This document shows, piece by piece, positions 47,508 to 51,460 of a stretch of DNA of 51,460 bases. Source of the DNA: an uncultured Smithella sp. (lineage in GTDB: Bacteria; Desulfobacterota; Syntrophia; Syntrophales; Smithellaceae); assembly GCA_964491435.1 (NCBI GenBank), contig CAZBGE010000004.1, forward strand, positions 1 to 51,460, given 5' to 3'. The translations under genes and the position numbers were made by a program. Every line of letters starts with the position of its first letter. Positions within the stretch are counted from its first letter, which is position 1. The notes beneath the pieces were generated by a model. The model was not told where the DNA came from, ran no database searches, and saw nothing but the letters and a program-made list of their open reading frames with translations.

Positions 47508-48860
47508 CTACCCTTTTTTCTCCGTAGCCTTTTTCTGCCGCCGCCAGCCCTCCACTCTCTCTTTGATCGTTTTTTCAAAGCCGGCATCCGCCGGGTGGTA
47601 CAGGGTTTTTCCCTGAAGTTTTTCCGGCAGGTATTCCTGCGCCACAAAGGCATCCGCAAAATCGTGCGCGTATTTGTAGTCCTTACCGTAAGCCAGTTCC
47701 TTCATCAGTTTGGTCGGAGCGTTGCGGATATGCAGGGGAACAGGCAGATAGCCGGTTTTATTGATTAATTCTTTGGTTTGGCCATAGCCGGCATACAGGG
47801 AATTGCTCTTCGGCGCCGTGGCCAGATAAACGGCCGCCTGGGCGATGGCCAGCTCTCCCTCCGGCAGTCCGAGAAAATGAAAAGCCTGCTGCGCGGCCAT
47901 GGTCAGCGTCAGGGCATGGGGATCGGCATTGCCGACATCTTCGGAGGCAAAACGGATCATCCGGCGTAAGATATATAGCGGGTCTTCCCCGGCAATCAGC
48001 ATGCGTCCCAGCCAGTAAAGAGTTGCGTCGGGGTCGCTGCCGCGCATGCTTTTATGAAACGCCGAAATCAGATTGTAATGTTCTTCGCCGTCCTTGTCAT
48101 ACAGGAGAGCCTTTTTCAGCAGGGCTTCCTCGGCCGATTTTGCGGTGATGACTCTTTCTTCCGCGGGCAGTGACTGAACCATAGAGACAACTGCCTCCAG
48201 GTTGTTCAGAGCCGTCCGCGCATCGCCGCCGGAAAGGAGGACAACATAACGGAGTGCTTCATCATCAACTTTAACGGCCAGCTTTCCCAACCCCAGATGT
48301 TGATCGGTCAGAGCGCGCTTCAGGATGGTTATCAAATCTTCTTCGGTAAATTGCTTGAGCAGCAACACACGGGTGCGTGACAGCAGCGGAGCGATAACTT
48401 CAAAAGAAGGGTTTTCCGTCGTCGCGCCAATCAAAGTGATGAGACCGCTTTCCACATGCGGCAGAAATGCATCCTGCTGGGCCTTGTTGAAGCGATGGAT
48501 TTCATCGACAAAAAGAATGGTTTTCTGCTTTTTGGCTTCCCAGAGGTCTTTCGCGTCGTCAATGACCGAGCGGATTTCCTTCACGCCGGAAAGGACGGCG
48601 GAAAAACTGACAAAGGTCGTTTTGGTTTCGTTGGCCAGAATGCGGGCGAGCGTTGTTTTGCCTGAGCCGGGCGGCCCCCAGAAAATCATCGAGAAAATCC
48701 TGTCTTCCGCAATGGCGCGCCGCAGCAACGTTCCTTCGCCAACCAGGTGCGGCTGGCCGATGTAATCGGCAAGTTTTCGCGGCCTCATTCTTTCAGCCAG
48801 CGGGGCGGCATCCAGAGCATCTTCCGCTGTTCCCACGCTGAATAAATCCAGGTTCTTCAT
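47508..48860 (-). CDS. rarA: Replication-associated recombination protein A
   Basis: PLAERMRP, WGPPGSGKT, DEIHRFNKAQQD, ISAFHKSMRGSDPDA. Confidence 0.93.
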   Translation of the reverse strand: MKNLDLFSVGTAEDALDAAPLAERMRPRKLADYIGQPHLVGEGTLLRRAIAEDRIFSMIFWGPPGSGKTTLARILANETKTTFVSFSAVLSGVKEIRSVIDDAKDLWEAKKQKTILFVDEIHRFNKAQQDAFLPHVESGLITLIGATTENPSFEVIAPLLSRTRVLLLKQFTEEDLITILKRALTDQHLGLGKLAVKVDDEALRYVVLLSGGDARTALNNLEAVVSMVQSLPAEERVITAKSAEEALLKKALLYDKDGEEHYNLISAFHKSMRGSDPDATLYWLGRMLIAGEDPLYILRRMIRFASEDVGNADPHALTLTMAAQQAFHFLGLPEGELAIAQAAVYLATAPKSNSLYAGYGQTKELINKTGYLPVPLHIRNAPTKLMKELAYGKDYKYAHDFADAFVAQEYLPEKLQGKTLYHPADAGFEKTIKERVEGWRRQKKATEKKG

Positions 48861-49114
48861 CTTTGCCTCTTCGCCCTTTCAATGATTTCCATTAAACTGG
48901 TCACCTTATCTTTCGGTTGCACGCCAGCGAAACATGCCCATTGGTCAGGTGTCATTTGCTCCCTCAGCACGGCCGCAACATCAAAAGCCGCCTGCCAGCA
49001 GGCCATAATGCGCGCGCAGGGCAGGTCACCCGCCTCACGCAGACAGTAGGCAAAGGTCATTTCATCGCCCAGTTTCGGGCAGCGGGTTAATTTGGAGTCG
49101 TGTTCCGTTTTCAT
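48857..49114 (-). CDS. Small Cys-containing hypothetical protein (85 aa)
   Basis: RCPKLG...YC...PC...CW; stop overlaps the rarA start. Confidence 0.65.
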   Translation of the reverse strand: MKTEHDSKLTRCPKLGDEMTFAYCLREAGDLPCARIMACWQAAFDVAAVLREQMTPDQWACFAGVQPKDKVTSLMEIIERAKRQR

Positions 49115-49197
49115 TGCGCCTCAGCTTGTCGAAAAAAAGAAAAGCCGTCAAGAAATTTGTTTTCCCGGCGGCTTTCCATGTTACCAAAATAAATCAC

Positions 49198-50559
49198 TTA
49201 AGGTTTGGGGAAATCCTTAATGGCGTTGAGCGCCCGGTCAATTTCATGATCCGGCAATTCGTAAGCTTCCAGCTTGCCCGCGAAGTAAGCGTCATAGGCG
49301 GCCAGATCCACCAGACCGTGTCCGCTCCAGTTAAAGAGGATAATCTTTTCCTTGCCTTCTTCCCTGGCGCGCATTGCTTCATCCACCACGGCGGCCAGCA
49401 CATGATTGGTCTCCGGCGCGGGAATAAAGCCTTCGGAACGCGCCCATTTGACGCCTGCATCAAAGGTCTTCAGCTGATCGTAGGCGCGCGGTTCGATGAA
49501 CTTTTCCCGGACCAGATGGCTGACAATGGGGGCCATGCCGTGGTAGCGCAGCCCGCCTGCATGAATCGGCGCAGGAATATAGTCATGTCCCAGCGTGTAC
49601 ATGGGGAGCAGAGGGGTGCTTTTCGCCAGATCGCCGAAGTCGTAGGCAAACGGTCCTTTGGTCATGCTGGGGCAGGACGTGGGTTCCGCGCCGACGACTT
49701 TTACCTCTTTGCCGTGGATTTTGTCGCAGACAAACGGCGTGGCGATGCCGGCGAAATTGCTGCCGCCGCCGCAGCAGCCCATCACGACATCGGGATAGAG
49801 ACCGAGCTTTTGCATCTGTTTTTGCGCTTCCAGACCAATGATGGATTGATAAAGGATGACATGATTCAACACACTGCCCAGTGAGTATTTTGTATCCTTG
49901 CTGGTGACGGCATCTTCGATGGCTTCGCTGATGGCGATGCCCAGGGAACCGGGCGAGTCGGGATGCTCGGCCAGAACGTTGCGGCCGGCCTGGGTCAGGT
50001 TGCTGGGGCTGGGAATGCATTCAGCGCCCCAGGTGTTCATCATCATGCGGCGGTAGGGTTTTTGTTCATAACTGACCTTGACCATATAAACACGGCACAC
50101 CAGATCAAACATCTTGCAGGCCATGGACAGAGCCGATCCCCATTGCCCCGCTCCGGTTTCCGTGGTGATGCGTTTGGTTCCGGCGACTTTGTTATAATAG
50201 GCCATGGGAACGGCGGCATTGGGCTTGTGCGAACCGGCGGGGCTGACGCCTTCGTTTTTGTAATATATCTGCACCGGGCAGCCGAGCAGTTTCTCAAAAT
50301 TGCGTGCGCGGTAAAGAGGAGAAGGACGCCACAGCAGATACTTCTGGAGCACTTCATCCGGGATGTCAATCCAGCGTTGAGTGGAAACTTCCTGTTCGAT
50401 GATATTCATCGGGAAAATGGCGGCCAGATCGTTGGCCGTAACCGGCTGGCCGGTGCCGGGATGCAGCGGCGGTTTCAGCGGGGTGGGCAAATCCGCCATA
50501 ATGTTGTACCATTGCCTTGGTATTTCGTGATCTTCCAATAATGTTTTCACCTGTTCCAT
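49198..50559 (-). CDS. trpB2: TrpB2-type tryptophan synthase beta-like PLP enzyme
   Basis: [42 protein letters not shown]. Confidence 0.92.
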   Translation of the reverse strand: MEQVKTLLEDHEIPRQWYNIMADLPTPLKPPLHPGTGQPVTANDLAAIFPMNIIEQEVSTQRWIDIPDEVLQKYLLWRPSPLYRARNFEKLLGCPVQIYYKNEGVSPAGSHKPNAAVPMAYYNKVAGTKRITTETGAGQWGSALSMACKMFDLVCRVYMVKVSYEQKPYRRMMMNTWGAECIPSPSNLTQAGRNVLAEHPDSPGSLGIAISEAIEDAVTSKDTKYSLGSVLNHVILYQSIIGLEAQKQMQKLGLYPDVVMGCCGGGSNFAGIATPFVCDKIHGKEVKVVGAEPTSCPSMTKGPFAYDFGDLAKSTPLLPMYTLGHDYIPAPIHAGGLRYHGMAPIVSHLVREKFIEPRAYDQLKTFDAGVKWARSEGFIPAPETNHVLAAVVDEAMRAREEGKEKIILFNWSGHGLVDLAAYDAYFAGKLEAYELPDHEIDRALNAIKDFPKP

Positions 50560-50627
50560 ATACGCTCTCCTTTAATCAAAAATTGCATTGCCATCAGATG
50601 ACAGAACCTTGCTTGCAAATTTCCGGC

Positions 50628-50666
50628 AAAAAAAATGCCATGGGGTTTTCCTTCCCATGGCATTTT
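50628..50666 (-). terminator. Attenuator terminator upstream of trpB2
   Basis: Minus strand AAAATGCCATGGG...CCCATGGCATTTTTTTT. Confidence 0.85.
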
Positions 50667-50726
50667 GAAACATTTGCGAGTCATGGGAAGAATCTTCCCT
50701 GCCCATGCTCAAGAACTTATACGAGC

Positions 50727-50786
50727 TTAAGGGCAGACATTTTTCGTCTGCCACCGCCAGTTTTTTTGTGAAATGCTGAATCGCAT
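50727..50786 (-). CDS. trpL: Trp leader peptide MRFSISQKNWRWQTKNVCP
   Basis: 19-codon ORF with TGG-CGG-TGG; GGAAAGG before the ATG; TTGACA upstream (plus 50844-50849); overlapping alternative hairpins. Confidence 0.8.
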   Translation of the reverse strand: MRFSISQKNWRWQTKNVCP

Positions 50787-50958
50787 GCCTTTCCAACCGC
50801 TTTCATCAAACTGGCAGTCGAACTAACATGACCGGGAAAGCCTTGTCAAGACGATTTTCAGAAAAGGACAAGGTAAATTTTTTCTTTCTTCAGTTCCATC
50901 ATCCGCACCCTACCCGATTGAGGCGCAGCGCGTGGTAATTGAGGAAACAGTAATCTTC

Positions 50959-51090
50959 GTAGCACGTAGCTTTAGCTGCGCCGAAATGCGGCGGAACTGA
51001 AGGTCCGGACTACATCAGCGGGGCTGAACACCCTTCGAGTCACTCAAGCCTCTCACTACATTTTTACGTAGTGCGTGCCTTCAGGCGCGC
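50959..51090. repeat. GTAG-type REP cluster (4 units), same family as 16148-16234
   Basis: 50959-50981 forward, 50991-51013 inverted, 51018-51059 inverted and interrupted, 51068-51090 forward. Confidence 0.75.
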
Positions 51091-51405
51091 AAACGATCCA
51101 TAAGCTTGTACGCATAATAGCTAATTAATTTATAGCCTTATCAACATTTCGAGCGCCCGGCGCCTTCTCTCTGCATACTGCTGATGTTCGGCCGAGTCCA
51201 AAAAACTCGACCGAACTGGGGAAAAACGAACGGAATAAAACGACAAAGAATATGAAAAAAAAGTATTGATGATTCTTTGCGGAAAGAATACGTGACTCAC
51301 CAACCCACCATCTTCAAACCGCCGAATAAAACGCATTTCCAAGTCGCCGCTGACAGTTCATTGTTAGGCCATAGAAAATTAACGAAAATAATGATAAGAT
51401 AATTT

Positions 51406-51460
51406 ATGAATTTTGAATGGGACCCTAAAAAATCGGATACCAATATCAAAAAGCATGGCA
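51406..51460 (+). CDS. BrnT-family toxin, 5' part (runs off the window)
   Basis: MNFEWDPKKSDTNIKKHG matches the typical BrnT N-terminus. Confidence 0.75.
   Translation, partial: MNFEWDPKKSDTNIKKHG

Noticed and set aside
49132-49178. AAAGCCG...CGGCTTTT plus T-run after trpB2 as a terminator
   Set aside because: Stem is short with a loop of about 20 nt; plausible but not supportable.

Overview
A 51.5-kb chromosomal window. Gene content (selD/selA, gcvT-H-PA-PB-lipA, trpB2, MenK-like radical SAM, CoA-transferase/GNAT) suggests an anaerobic deltaproteobacterium, possibly Syntrophales/Smithella-like; the taxonomy is an inference. Housekeeping genes are interrupted by three accessory zones. (1) 1.2-3.85 kb: a toxin-first RelE/XRE TA pair plus nested mobile debris, including an intact RAYT-like HUH transposase bounded by 25-bp inverted repeats, a relic end of a sister element, a second RAYT tail and a frameshifted ISL3 fragment. 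(2) 19.9-22.7 kb: a decaying minus-strand integron cassette array with attC sites but no integrase in the window, carrying a transglutaminase-like protein, a lipoprotein nucleoside deaminase and an inactivated PIN/Phd TA pair. (3) 50.9-51.5 kb: a GTAG-type REP cluster and the start of a BrnT toxin. Signals the ORF track misses: UGA-selenocysteine recoding plus a SECIS-like hairpin in selD; a six-segment Trp attenuator with leader peptide MRFSISQKNWRWQTKNVCP in front of trpB2; a probably leaderless LexA-like gene with a GAAC-N4-GTTC operator followed by a small membrane protein; and a CoA-transferase-GNAT fusion apparently lacking its catalytic Glu. No rRNA, tRNA or CRISPR array was seen. All calls come from reading the sequence by eye, with no database search.
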